Source of the DNA: a virus
Taxonomy: Duplodnaviria > Caudoviricetes
Reading direction: 5' to 3' (one strand)
Length of the DNA: 64,000 bases
IMG/VR virus record: IMGVR_UViG_3300033075_001021
Shown here: in pieces, positions 21,501 to 30,632 of the stretch
Layout of the letters: each line of letters starts with the position of its first letter
Position numbering within the stretch: the stretch's first letter is position 1
The notes under the pieces: model-generated
Databases searched by the model: none
What the model was told of the DNA's origin: nothing
Seen by the model: only the letters and a program-made list of their open reading frames with translations
Made by a program: the position numbers and the translations under genes

Positions 21501-22199
21501 GTTATTAACGTCACCCCAAAATGGTTGTACGTTTACCCCGACATTGGTTGTTTTGATTTGAATTAGGGAATTTAGATTCTTGTCTGCTTTAAATTTTGTT
21601 GGGCTATAAAATAATCGTGATGGGGTTCCTTGTTCAATTAAATCATATGGTCTTTGTGACGCAATACCAATATCTGAAATATCAACATCAACATGTACTG
21701 TGTGAGAACCTAATGGAACACCAAATATCATAAAATCACCAGCATGATTTGTTGTTGTTGTAAATTTGTAGTACTTTTGATAAACCTCAAGCATTTCATC
21801 GTTATCTAACTGCTCACGCTTTGCTGGGAATGTTCCTACAATTGTATAACAATCATTATTTGAATCATTTTCTTTTGGTAAAAGGTTGTATCTCACCCCA
21901 TTACTATCAACATCGGCCACATTTTCATAAGGATATATTGACCTGATTACAGGATTTTCTTTATCTTCAGCTGAAATAGGAATAAAAACTGAAACCTTTG
22001 CATTAGGTACACCAAAACCGTTGTTTATTATAACACGACCAGCAATGACACCATAATCAGCACAAAGATTTTCATATGCTTTATCTTGACTAATTTTTAA
22101 TGAAAGGATTTCAATAAAATCAAAATCTTGGTCAAGTTTTACATTCAAATATTTGTCTGTTCCGTCAGGTGTTGTGCGTATCCTAATATTATTTGACAT
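18522..22199 (-). CDS. Large structural protein with an internal hydrophobic segment and C-terminal SprB-like repeats
   Basis: N-terminal GVIAGRVIINNGFGVPNAKVSVF (prealbumin/carboxypeptidase-regulatory-like), a TM-like stretch ILFTIICFLFSIIGFIVQLF, and repeats such as GSISFTFIGGTYPFTYTW...GLEAGTYQITAIDALG. Confidence 0.6.
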   Translation of the reverse strand: MSNNIRIRTTPDGTDKYLNVKLDQDFDFIEILSLKISQDKAYENLCADYGVIAGRVIINNGFGVPNAKVSVFIPISAEDKENPVIRSIYPYENVADVDSNGVRYNLLPKENDSNNDCYTIVGTFPAKREQLDNDEMLEVYQKYYKFTTTTNHAGDFMIFGVPLGSHTVHVDVDISDIGIASQRPYDLIEQGTPSRLFYSPTKFKADKNLNSLIQIKTTNVGVNVQPFWGDVNNCVIGINRLDIDLNYNIRPCAIFMGSIFGDSRKNSINKRCRPRKRMGLMCEQVPRAGTIEMLRKTLEGEIEKYDIDGGRLIDDNGAWAYQIPMNLDYVVTDEEGNLVPSDDPSRGIPTRSRVRFRISMDEGGGVGRLRTRGKYIVPHNPKTKSDIDFSFDKTTKDTENTFRDFYWNKIYSVRNFIPRTEKNMLSLTKAYKRRTHTGIKNVDGCVGDKSPMPYNRAHVSGNILFTIICFLFSIIGFIVQLFNGFLCALIKIKILRIRPFGFLRKFLIKLKCPNEDESQYAIGCTDTDKLDAYLDCVSAVLAEQLDLYELDFFNDWINGTLYYYLLKYKKKRRGREKFCETNCNDYSGGTGYNSCKNSKIVDTTYNTRSSDTRVNFRNGLLVKHDNTLYYPPMLLNGSQLKLFATDIVNLGAVFDCDWQGLPKIVNYLTNTSYKLPPLLAETFSEEDDTDIPQDDQSVVAGMFDFTPPNGINYKGVFFNVGCSKGVDYDAIKARNIRRQCELSIDLLEYTGLTQIDLINIDEIYDSSDPIDTLTSLNRYLRDSFYLLNISGTSIQAIPTVPYNLLDPNQGTSIGVDLSIRNGDAYNEFRGWIPPYENGEDMSFQTKNSYYMYFGIIPGKTALDKLKTKYFTDCTRERAGDFIIDTTPTNVSVSGASNGSISFTFIGGTYPFTYTWVGVDVSYSLGPITTTTLPAGGIITGLEAGTYQITAIDALGTVVVKEVTVGQPLGFSCSYSISGAPSTQTSADGVIEIIAITNGTLPYTLSIYDSSNSLYTPPLTFTTDPIGYTIPVGFKDDVYTFIASDNAGHQCTKTIEIRGPQPLQITNIESYNACANDCSGSYGFDVIGGTPPYSVTTYSATTQAGPYTIVTISTSGDTIQNDLCSGYYKVVVTDSGEPTPQTTETIIYIRQGMRVYNVVTGSTTAFSVVGGEAPITAQINGVEVLPVSQTPNADPYLVVWNYVNFNVSTPVTIDVYDNIGCQIEIG

Positions 22200-22204
22200 T
22201 ATAT

Positions 22205-22588
22205 TTATTTTATTAGTGTTATATCATCAGAGTCTTCAAGTTCATACTCATCTTCAGTTAAAAGTTCATCATAATCACTATCTTCTAAGTCATCATCACC
22301 ATCATCATCGTCTTCGTCATTGTCATCCTCTTTCTTAAAAAGTTTTTTACCAATGTACAATCCAAGCGGAACAATATTAATCCCTTTCTCCATAAACACT
22401 GTTACAAATAAGGCATAAAATGTTGCTGGTATTACCAACGGAATAAAAATTGCGGATAAAAAAAGAAATGCAAAGATTTTGATTGTATAATCACGAATTT
22501 TCACTAAAATATTTATTCGTGATTCCGTGTTTTCTGGTTTAACCGTCTTTTCGTTTGTTCTAGTTTTTTTACAAGTGTTACAAGCCAT
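22205..22588 (-). CDS. Small membrane protein with an N-terminal CxxC and an acidic tail
   Basis: Starts MACNTCKK, has a long hydrophobic segment and a D/E-rich C-terminus. Confidence 0.6.
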   Translation of the reverse strand: MACNTCKKTRTNEKTVKPENTESRINILVKIRDYTIKIFAFLFLSAIFIPLVIPATFYALFVTVFMEKGINIVPLGLYIGKKLFKKEDDNDEDDDDGDDDLEDSDYDELLTEDEYELEDSDDITLIK

Positions 22589-22631
22589 AGTTTTTTATTG
22601 AAAGGTAGCGAAAAACATCAAAAAATAAAGG

Positions 22632-24446
22632 TTATTTAACCCTTACAATGATATCAACCGCTGGATATTTTATTTCAAACATGGTTGTTGGTTCACCGAA
22701 AAGTGTATATTCTTCAGAAGTATCAATTTCTCTTGTTGAGGCGTCAAAATAAGGCTGAGATATTTCATTAAGCGAATATCTACCACCGACCATATTATAC
22801 ACTCTCATATCAATAACGTTTAATACGCCAGCGACATTATTTATATTTTCAAGTAAATTTGAAAGATAAACGTTTTCACCCATGTCGAATTTATTAATGT
22901 TCATGTAATCACTAACACTCGTTATCACATTGCTAATGATTTGTGATTGTGGATACTTTTTGTCGATATAAACATCTATCTGGAATGATAAATTTACAAT
23001 TTTAGCATCTGCAATCTCAACATAATCATTTAACATTCTATAGTCAGATAAATATGTTGCAATGTTCTCCTTAATAGCTGTTGTTGATGTATTGTTTAGT
23101 TTACCCTCAGAATCTAGACCCATGATGTAAACCTTAATTTTATTTTGTTCTTCAAAAACACCTGTTCTAAACGGAACCCCAAATCTACTTGGCATTAGTG
23201 CTATCCTAGACTGGTAATCTTTGATGGTTACAGCCCTATTTTGTGCTGCAAAGTTATATCTGACCAAATTTCTGATTTCTTCTACACTTGGGACATCTCT
23301 ACCTCCCAGCGCTGGAATGGGGTTATTTACGCTTAATGACGCTTTTACTGCATTGTTTATTGTGGTATCCACACCATTTACAATTATGGTTGCAATACCA
23401 ACACTATTTATTATACCTTGACCAAGATTTGTATCAGCACCACCACCAACTCTATACTTAACAAATAATGTTGTATTTGGTGATAATGTGGTTCCTAGTG
23501 AAAGGTTATTGATAAAATCACCAATTTGATTTACGATTGACGGATTAACATCAAAATCACAAAGTGAGCTAATATCTTGATTTCCACCGCCAAATATCAT
23601 TCTCATAAACCCTAAATCAGTATATTCTGTAATAAATTTACGATTAACCTTAATATATTTACCTGGTCTAATTGATGGATTATCAGTGATTTTGTTAAAA
23701 TCTTCAACAAAAACTTTATCTTCAGCCAAAGCATCAACTTCATACCACCTGTTGCTTTCCTCTAAAAACTGTGCATTTGTTGGGTCTGTTACAAAATTGG
23801 TTCCGTTAAGTGTAATAACAGATGTAACAGAAAGAACGTTATCGTCTGGTAATACAACCTCAAGAAACGGAACAACATCAGCTGGGGTAATAACCTTCTG
23901 GTAAATTTTTGTAAAGCCGTTTACAACCATTTCTCTTTTGGTGATGGTGTAATTTATCAAAACACCGTTTGTATTAAAGTTTGGAATTACTATTCTATTT
24001 GGAACCCCACCAACACTAAATGGTGATGAAAAATCTATATCGTAAATTGTTTCAAAAACCTTTCCAGCACCTGTAACTTGGGCCCCAGCTTGAATGATTG
24101 GTGCATACGACACGTCGAACGAGTCGCCTAAAACTGGAACGGTAACAGTAAAATCAACAATTGTAACAGATGGACGGCGACCTGGTATTTTTAAACCAAA
24201 TGTTCTTGCCATTGATAAAATTGATGACCTTTCTTGTGCGTAGTCAATTTGGGTTTCTTGGAACATTCTATCGGTGTTAAACGATAACATATCGCCAACA
24301 GCGGCATTTAGTTCAAGAAGCATCATACCAACAGATGCGTCGTTAAAATCATTAAAGATATCTGGATAGTATTGTCTTACCATGTTGACCAAATCGGTCC
24401 TTATATCGGCAAAATTTCTACTAGTGTAATTAACTCTTTGTGCCAT
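22632..24446 (-). CDS. Baseplate wedge protein (T4 gp6 / baseplate J-like)
   Basis: YTSRNFADIRTDL, AQERSSILSMARTFG, YRVGGGADTN and AQNRAVTIKDY motifs. Confidence 0.85.
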   Translation of the reverse strand: MAQRVNYTSRNFADIRTDLVNMVRQYYPDIFNDFNDASVGMMLLELNAAVGDMLSFNTDRMFQETQIDYAQERSSILSMARTFGLKIPGRRPSVTIVDFTVTVPVLGDSFDVSYAPIIQAGAQVTGAGKVFETIYDIDFSSPFSVGGVPNRIVIPNFNTNGVLINYTITKREMVVNGFTKIYQKVITPADVVPFLEVVLPDDNVLSVTSVITLNGTNFVTDPTNAQFLEESNRWYEVDALAEDKVFVEDFNKITDNPSIRPGKYIKVNRKFITEYTDLGFMRMIFGGGNQDISSLCDFDVNPSIVNQIGDFINNLSLGTTLSPNTTLFVKYRVGGGADTNLGQGIINSVGIATIIVNGVDTTINNAVKASLSVNNPIPALGGRDVPSVEEIRNLVRYNFAAQNRAVTIKDYQSRIALMPSRFGVPFRTGVFEEQNKIKVYIMGLDSEGKLNNTSTTAIKENIATYLSDYRMLNDYVEIADAKIVNLSFQIDVYIDKKYPQSQIISNVITSVSDYMNINKFDMGENVYLSNLLENINNVAGVLNVIDMRVYNMVGGRYSLNEISQPYFDASTREIDTSEEYTLFGEPTTMFEIKYPAVDIIVRVK

Positions 24447-24448
24447 AA

Positions 24449-24832
24449 TTATACATTTATTATTACAAAATCATTTATTTCAAAAACATCATCAGTTATC
24501 GCATAATCCATTCTAATTGTCGCTGCGTACTCGCTATCATCGCTTTGAGTTACTGTTAAATTTTTTACAATTAGGTTTGGTAGATACTTTTTAACTGACG
24601 TAGTAACCTCATCTTTAATAGCCTCTAAGGTCAAATCATGATTTGGTTCGAATATGTACCTTAATAAATCGGTACCAAAATTTGGATTATATAGTCTTTG
24701 ACCCTTCCTGGTCAATAACAAATGCATCAAATCTGCTTTAATAGCTCTTTGGTCGTTATCGTTTAGGTTTAAAAAGAAACCCTTAGGGCTATCTTTAAAG
24801 GGGAAGTCAATATTTATGTATTTTCCAGCCAT
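24449..24832 (-). CDS. Baseplate wedge / sheath initiator (T4 gp25-like)
   Basis: IKADLMHLLLTRKGQRLYNPNFGTDLLRYIFEP is the gp25/GPW motif. Confidence 0.85.
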   Translation of the reverse strand: MAGKYINIDFPFKDSPKGFFLNLNDNDQRAIKADLMHLLLTRKGQRLYNPNFGTDLLRYIFEPNHDLTLEAIKDEVTTSVKKYLPNLIVKNLTVTQSDDSEYAATIRMDYAITDDVFEINDFVIINV

Positions 24833-24846
24833 ATTTTCGGTTTATT

Positions 24847-24855
24847 GATAAATAT
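24847..24855 (-). promoter_or_regulatory. Candidate late promoter ATATTTATC
   Basis: 14 nt upstream of the gp25-like start and just downstream of a terminator. Confidence 0.55.
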
Positions 24856-24886
24856 GGTAAGAAAACATTTTCACAAGTAAATGTAT

Positions 24887-24907
24887 AAAAAAAGGGGTAT
24901 CCCCTTT
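24887..24907 (-). terminator. Intrinsic terminator after the HNH gene
   Basis: AAAGGGG/CCCCTTT stem with a U-run on the minus strand. Confidence 0.7.
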
Positions 24908-24909
24908 CC

Positions 24910-25473
24910 TTATTGATGCTTTGCAATTAATTTACACATTTCTATAAAATATTCAATATTTAAAACATTTTTCATTAAATTTATATCCTTATGAACAAAC
25001 TGAACATTGCCTTTAATATATCCTTTGTTTGAATCAATTCTATCAACTGATGCTGTTGACTTACTTAATTCAAAGGTTGTACCATTTTTTGGGAATGTTA
25101 ATTCTAAACCACTTAAAGCACAACGTTTATTTTGTTTTAAAAATAATTCCCACATATATTCAATATCAACATCAACCTCCTTTATTTTTCGATTACCTTT
25201 AGAACCATTTGCAGCTCTAATTATTTTATTATGAAACCAACCAGCACTTATTTCGCCAACACCTTGCCAATGTGGGGAATTTGAGCCAGATGGTGGTTTA
25301 TAACAACCACAACTAGAAAATTTACTCCTAATAATTGAAGTTCCAGTTCTAACCGCAATATTACCACAATCGCATTTACATTTAAACTTTAAATGACCAG
25401 CTGGCGTTACATCGGCTTCTTCTATTACCATTAGATATCCAAATTTTTTACCTACTAAATCTAACTTTTTCAT
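24910..25473 (-). CDS. Free-standing HNH-type homing endonuclease
   Basis: N-terminal DLVGKKFGYL...CKCDCGN...SCGC domain; CALSG...SVDRIDSNKGYIKGNVQFV...NLMK nuclease motif. Confidence 0.8.
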   Translation of the reverse strand: MKKLDLVGKKFGYLMVIEEADVTPAGHLKFKCKCDCGNIAVRTGTSIIRSKFSSCGCYKPPSGSNSPHWQGVGEISAGWFHNKIIRAANGSKGNRKIKEVDVDIEYMWELFLKQNKRCALSGLELTFPKNGTTFELSKSTASVDRIDSNKGYIKGNVQFVHKDINLMKNVLNIEYFIEMCKLIAKHQ

Positions 25474-25531
25474 AACTTCGCATCTTATATTAACTTATAA
25501 CTATAAATATTGTGAAATAACTAAAAAATAA

Positions 25532-25556
25532 AAAAGTGGAGAAATTCTCCACTTTT
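25532..25556 (-). terminator. Intrinsic terminator after nrdJ
   Basis: 11-bp stem AAAAGTGGAGA/TCTCCACTTTT with a U-rich tail. Confidence 0.8.
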
Positions 25557-25558
25557 AA

Positions 25559-27559
25559 TTATTTTATTTTTTCTAATTGACCCGTATCAATATCCACTAA
25601 ACACGCACCCCCACTACATGCTAACTCACCAGTTAAATTAGTCATATCAGTCATTTCTATAACTTTCGTTAAGTCAATATCACTAATTGTTTCCATCATT
25701 TCTTCATAAGTTTTTTTCGTACAATCGGTAAAGGGGGCTTGGATATAAGACCCACCGTCATATGGTAATACTGAAATACCATTAAACTTCTCTCTATTAT
25801 CCCACATCCATTTTCCAACCATTGGCCATTCATTTATCTTGTAAATAACGTTACCATCTTCATCTCTTCTTTCTTCCATTACTGGATTATTGTATGAGTC
25901 GAAGACAATTGCACCGTTTTCATCCAATTTAGATATCTTTTCAGCCTCTTTCTTGATGGAAACGGTAACTGAAACGTTGTGTGTATTTTGACCATCTCTG
26001 TGGCCACCTCTAACCCATTCTTTATTAAATTTACCAACTCTTTCCAATAAATTCATTGGAGATTCAAATCTAAAGATTGAACCTTCTGGGGCTTTAACAG
26101 GTAATGAAATAACCGCTTGGTCTTTTGGTCTGAAATATTCGTCCTCGATAAGTTCTGGGTGATAAATTGAAAGATATGTATAAATTGACTCATTCTTTCC
26201 GACACGAATACGACGAATATAATAATCGTTATGCCAAGCGTGAATACCAGATGCTGTTCCCAATACCAATGAGCTGGTACCTGAAGGTTTAACCGTTGTG
26301 CATCTAGCCGCTTTATTAATACCAATAAGTTTTGCAACCCTAGCATTTTCATCTTTAACAACCTTGGCCGCTGATTCAAGATTATATTTAAGAATTTCAC
26401 CTGAACCAATACCTGTCATACCAACACCAATAAGTGCATCTTTTTCAGTTGTACGCTTCCAAACATCACGAAGATAATGGAAGTTGGTATAACCAGCTTG
26501 TAATGTTCCTATTAATGTAGCCGCTTTTGTTCTAGCTTCAAGGTCTTCTTGTGATTCAATATCGCTAACATTTACCTCACAAAGATTACAGAATTGGTAA
26601 GGTCTTAATCCAATCTCACAACATGGATTGGTACCCCAATCTTTGTCGTTTGAAAAATAAACACCTGGTTCACCAGCATTACTATCTTCAATTTTTTTCC
26701 AAAGCTGGAAAAATTTATCTTCAGTAATTTTATGTCTAAGAATTACAGCAGAGTTATTTGCTCTACCTCTTTGTGGGTTTAACTCCCACCAAGCACCTGT
26801 TTTGGCACTGAGCATTTCTTCATCATCCAATGAAAAAAGAGAAATCAAAGCTGCCCTACGAATACCACCAGTTAATACCGCATCAGCAATAAAACAAATA
26901 ATATCATGGCACTCAATTGGTTCCAATTTTGAACCATCTTCTTTTGTGTCTAGTATTTTTTTAATATTATGAATACAGTCTTTAAGTGGTTGTGGGCCTG
27001 GGGCCTTACCACCACTAGTTACCAACAATGCACCTTTTGGTCTAATATCTGAATAGTCAAATTCTGGTGTTGACATACCCTCAAAATATGACCTCATTAA
27101 GGTTTTAATTGCGTCAGCCCACCCCTCAATTGAGTCACCAATTAAATAACGTCTGCTTCTTGTTGGGTTTGGTTTTCGAATTTCTGGTAACTCTTCAACA
27201 TGATGTTTTTGTACTGAAAACCCTACACCAGTTCCACCCAAAAGGAGAAACATAACCTCACTAAATGCTCTCCAATCATCAATTGGTAAGTAAGCACAGT
27301 TGTAGATTCTATTAGGTGATATTTCGATAGGTTTTCCACCAAATTGTAATGACCTCATTGAGGGCAATACTTTTTTATCGTATACATATTTATAAGCCTC
27401 TTCTATTTCATCAGCAATATGCGGGTATTTCTTCTGGTGCATTACTTTATTTCTTGTTACCAGCTCTTCCCATGTTTCTCTTCGTTTTAATTCGGGTATA
27501 TACTTCGCATATTTCATATGCACGGTAATGTCCGATAAAATTTTAGTAGATAAATCCAT
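25559..27559 (-). CDS. nrdJ: Class II (adenosylcobalamin-dependent) ribonucleotide reductase, monomeric RTPR type
   Basis: RRETWEE, LPSMRSL, YNCA, GTGVGF, NPCCEI active-site loop, TTVKPSGT and C-terminal CSGGAC; no beta subunit nearby. Confidence 0.88.
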   Translation of the reverse strand: MDLSTKILSDITVHMKYAKYIPELKRRETWEELVTRNKVMHQKKYPHIADEIEEAYKYVYDKKVLPSMRSLQFGGKPIEISPNRIYNCAYLPIDDWRAFSEVMFLLLGGTGVGFSVQKHHVEELPEIRKPNPTRSRRYLIGDSIEGWADAIKTLMRSYFEGMSTPEFDYSDIRPKGALLVTSGGKAPGPQPLKDCIHNIKKILDTKEDGSKLEPIECHDIICFIADAVLTGGIRRAALISLFSLDDEEMLSAKTGAWWELNPQRGRANNSAVILRHKITEDKFFQLWKKIEDSNAGEPGVYFSNDKDWGTNPCCEIGLRPYQFCNLCEVNVSDIESQEDLEARTKAATLIGTLQAGYTNFHYLRDVWKRTTEKDALIGVGMTGIGSGEILKYNLESAAKVVKDENARVAKLIGINKAARCTTVKPSGTSSLVLGTASGIHAWHNDYYIRRIRVGKNESIYTYLSIYHPELIEDEYFRPKDQAVISLPVKAPEGSIFRFESPMNLLERVGKFNKEWVRGGHRDGQNTHNVSVTVSIKKEAEKISKLDENGAIVFDSYNNPVMEERRDEDGNVIYKINEWPMVGKWMWDNREKFNGISVLPYDGGSYIQAPFTDCTKKTYEEMMETISDIDLTKVIEMTDMTNLTGELACSGGACLVDIDTGQLEKIK

Positions 27560-27587
27560 TTTTATTATTCTTTTTTTGTTTTAGTTA

Positions 27588-29021
27588 TTAATCATTTACA
27601 ACATCTGGTTCATTTTCGTTACCAGTGTCTAACACCCTTTTTCTTTGTTGGATAGATGTTAACACATGGGCTACTCGTTTAACATCATCCCTTTCTTTGT
27701 CTTTCTTGTATTCACTCTGGGTTCTTGCTACTATATTTTCGGACATATCAATTTGAATTCTTGCGTTGTCAAATCTAATATCTTGCAATACGATACCATC
27801 TTTACCAAATCTTGATTTAAGAATCGCCATATTGGCTGTTCCGTTTTCTTTTTGGTCGAGAGATTTCGCAATTGATACAACGAAGTGTCCAATCTGTCCC
27901 TTTTTAATAGACCCACCCATTTGGTCTGATTCTACAACCTCAGCTTTGATTGAACTTCTGTTACCTTGAACAGCAGTCCAGCCAGCGATGTCAAATTCAG
28001 CCAATAGGGTTTCATATTGTCTCATTACATTTCCTTCACCAGCGTAAACGTCATCAAATTTCTTAGATGGTTGTACGCAATCAATGTAATCAAGCAAAAC
28101 GACGTCTGGTCTAAAACCCTGTGCAATCAACTTTCTTATGTACTGCTTAATCATAGGAATAGTTGTACCATCACTAGGAAACTTCTTTAATTTAAGTTGT
28201 CCCTTTCCATTTTTCTTTGTTTCAACAAGTTCCTTTAATTCGTCCTTATGTAAGGATAAGCTATTTAGGTCATAACCAGACCAACAAGCCAAGTGTTTTC
28301 TTTGGATAACTTTTACGTTGTCTTCGAAGAAGATTTGAAGTACGTTATACCCTAGATTTACAGCAGTGTTTGCAATTTTTGTTATCATTGTTGTTTTACC
28401 AACGCCGAATGGTGCCAATATAATGGCCAGTTCACTTTTGGATAACCCGCCATCCATGATTTCATCCAAACCCTTGATTCCTGTTGGAATTGGTTTTCTG
28501 AAATCGTCTGCAAGGACGGCATCAATGTTATCCAATACATTAACACCGTTATCTTTGTATTCGCCATGTTCAAGAGCCTTTTTAAGGATAACTTCACACT
28601 CATCATATCTATCGATATCACCTCTATCAATGATGGTTTGAATTTCTTTAATCGACTTCTTGAGTTCTTGTTGTTTACAAAAACGTAGCGCCTTTTCTTG
28701 TACTGAAAGGCTATCATTAAGGTTTGCTTCCTTAATAAGTTTTAACTGTGCTAACGTATATCGTTTATCAAAGTCATCCTTCACCCCATCTAACATCCTG
28801 AACTCCAAGCTTCCCATATCTGGGATTACATTGTGTTCTTGGTATGCTTCCTTAATAGTTGAGACCATTAGCTTAAGTGCTTGGTCCTCAAAATAGTTAG
28901 GGTCTATTATATCTACAATTGACTCCGCAAAGCGGTTGTCAACAAGTAGTTGTGCTACTAATCTAAGCTGAAAATCCCCGCCTAGATAACCAAAATTATC
29001 TCTGTTGATTTTAGATGACAT
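27588..29021 (-). CDS. Replicative DNA helicase (DnaB / T4 gp41-like)
   Basis: IPTGIKGLD, Walker A APFGVGKT, Walker B VLLDYID, WTAVQGNR and KSRFG. Confidence 0.9.
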   Translation of the reverse strand: MSSKINRDNFGYLGGDFQLRLVAQLLVDNRFAESIVDIIDPNYFEDQALKLMVSTIKEAYQEHNVIPDMGSLEFRMLDGVKDDFDKRYTLAQLKLIKEANLNDSLSVQEKALRFCKQQELKKSIKEIQTIIDRGDIDRYDECEVILKKALEHGEYKDNGVNVLDNIDAVLADDFRKPIPTGIKGLDEIMDGGLSKSELAIILAPFGVGKTTMITKIANTAVNLGYNVLQIFFEDNVKVIQRKHLACWSGYDLNSLSLHKDELKELVETKKNGKGQLKLKKFPSDGTTIPMIKQYIRKLIAQGFRPDVVLLDYIDCVQPSKKFDDVYAGEGNVMRQYETLLAEFDIAGWTAVQGNRSSIKAEVVESDQMGGSIKKGQIGHFVVSIAKSLDQKENGTANMAILKSRFGKDGIVLQDIRFDNARIQIDMSENIVARTQSEYKKDKERDDVKRVAHVLTSIQQRKRVLDTGNENEPDVVND

Positions 29022-29059
29022 TAAATTCTTTTTTTTAACTCTGATTCTAATAAATATCC

Positions 29060-29539
29060 TTAAAGAGCCACATCAACATATTTTGTTGTATATTTTTTTT
29101 GGCTTAATACGTTCTTTATTTCGGATATTATAGAAGGTATTATTTCTTTGATATCTACTTGATATCTGACTTGTGGTGGAAAGAAATTACCTGAAAACGT
29201 ACTTTGTGCTACTGTCATTTTGTCAACTTTAATTTCAAAATCAAACATGTCTTCTTTTTCAAAGTTGTTTTTAACCGTAGCATCATTTTTTGGGTAATAA
29301 GGGTTATAATTCTTCCACAGATAATCTACTGCTTTAGCCTTAAGGTGCGCTGGTATCATACCCATGCTGCCAAATTGGCCATTATTCATCCCAACTAGAT
29401 TATCCATTAACTGTTTTAAGTCCAATGAATTTAAAGATTTTTCGTTGTAGTCTTTGATGCTGAAATATCTTTGACAAATAATGTGTCCGTTAATGTATAG
29501 TACAAATTCAAATCTTTGTTCTTCAATTTTCTTGTTCAT
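29060..29539 (-). CDS. Hypothetical protein in the replication block
   Basis: ORF track gives 29060..29569; the ATG at 29539 (MNKKIEE) reduces the overlap with the upstream gene. Confidence 0.6.
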   Translation of the reverse strand: MNKKIEEQRFEFVLYINGHIICQRYFSIKDYNEKSLNSLDLKQLMDNLVGMNNGQFGSMGMIPAHLKAKAVDYLWKNYNPYYPKNDATVKNNFEKEDMFDFEIKVDKMTVAQSTFSGNFFPPQVRYQVDIKEIIPSIISEIKNVLSQKKYTTKYVDVAL

Positions 29540-30599
29540 ATAGGTTGGTTTTTTCAGTGTTTTGTTCACGTTCTATTAATCTTTTGAACGGAATCAGGTA
29601 CTCTGTGGACCTTTCTTTGCCAATACTTCTCTCAAGGCCGTCAATTTTCATTAATGAGAGAACGTTTTTAATTCCACGATTGGCTGGGTCAAATCGGCCA
29701 TAAATTAGTGTATCTAAATCTTCGATAGCGCTTTCCGTCATCAACGGATTTTTTAAATCAACCAATGCTGTGTTGATTTCATAAAGTTTTTCGCCTTGTA
29801 TACCATCTGTAACACTGTCAATTATGTTTTGCAGAGTTTTTAATGGAGCTTTCTTTTGTTCAATTCTTTGTTTTTGTAGTTCTTTGGCTTTTTCAATAAG
29901 CTCGTTTAGTGTTACCCTCCTTTCTTTTAATTCTGGAAATAAACCAATTAGTGTCGTTTCTTTTACACCCTTAACTCCTTTTATTGAGTCTGAATTATCA
30001 CCAGTGATGATTTTTATTAGTCCAGCGTTGCTATAATGGTGCTGGAAGTAGTTAGTATAATTTTCAGTATCGACGTATGTTTTTAAGTCACAAAAGTATA
30101 TGCGAATACCTTCAGAGATTAGTTGACACATATCTCTGTCAGTTGTACAAATTGTTATTTGTTCATTTTCCTTCTTATTTAAGCAATAATAAGCAATGAA
30201 ATCATCACTTTCAACAACCTCATGTTGAAGTTGTCGGATGAATAGCTCTTCTAGATAATTCCAAATCATTTTCTTCTGAAGAATCTCAGAAGGTTCTACT
30301 GGTTGCGTACCGTTCTCATAGTCTTTACCACGTCCGCTTTTGTAGTCTTTGTATATTTGATATCGCAGTTTTCCGCTAAACTTACCATCCCAAAAAACAT
30401 AAACCCTATGATAAAGGTTTTCATTTAAAAGTTTTCTTAATACGGTAAGAAATTGATACACACCACCGATATGTTCACCTCGGTGATTATATTCACCCTT
30501 GGCCCCGAAAAACCCTATTTTAAATAAGGCATTCCCGTCGACCAAGAGTGTATTTATAATTTGTTTTCGTTCACCAGTTTTTGGCGGTCTTTTGTTCAA
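29523..30599 (-). CDS. 5'-3' exonuclease / flap endonuclease (T4 RNase H or Pol I N-terminal-like)
   Basis: LLVDGN, VFWDG, YKSGR, ESDDFIA, TTDRDMCQL and GDNSDSIKGVKGV motifs. Confidence 0.9.
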   Translation of the reverse strand: MNKRPPKTGERKQIINTLLVDGNALFKIGFFGAKGEYNHRGEHIGGVYQFLTVLRKLLNENLYHRVYVFWDGKFSGKLRYQIYKDYKSGRGKDYENGTQPVEPSEILQKKMIWNYLEELFIRQLQHEVVESDDFIAYYCLNKKENEQITICTTDRDMCQLISEGIRIYFCDLKTYVDTENYTNYFQHHYSNAGLIKIITGDNSDSIKGVKGVKETTLIGLFPELKERRVTLNELIEKAKELQKQRIEQKKAPLKTLQNIIDSVTDGIQGEKLYEINTALVDLKNPLMTESAIEDLDTLIYGRFDPANRGIKNVLSLMKIDGLERSIGKERSTEYLIPFKRLIEREQNTEKTNLYEQEN

Positions 30600-30632
30600 T
30601 GTTATTCATTTAAAAACGTTAAAAACAATTGT

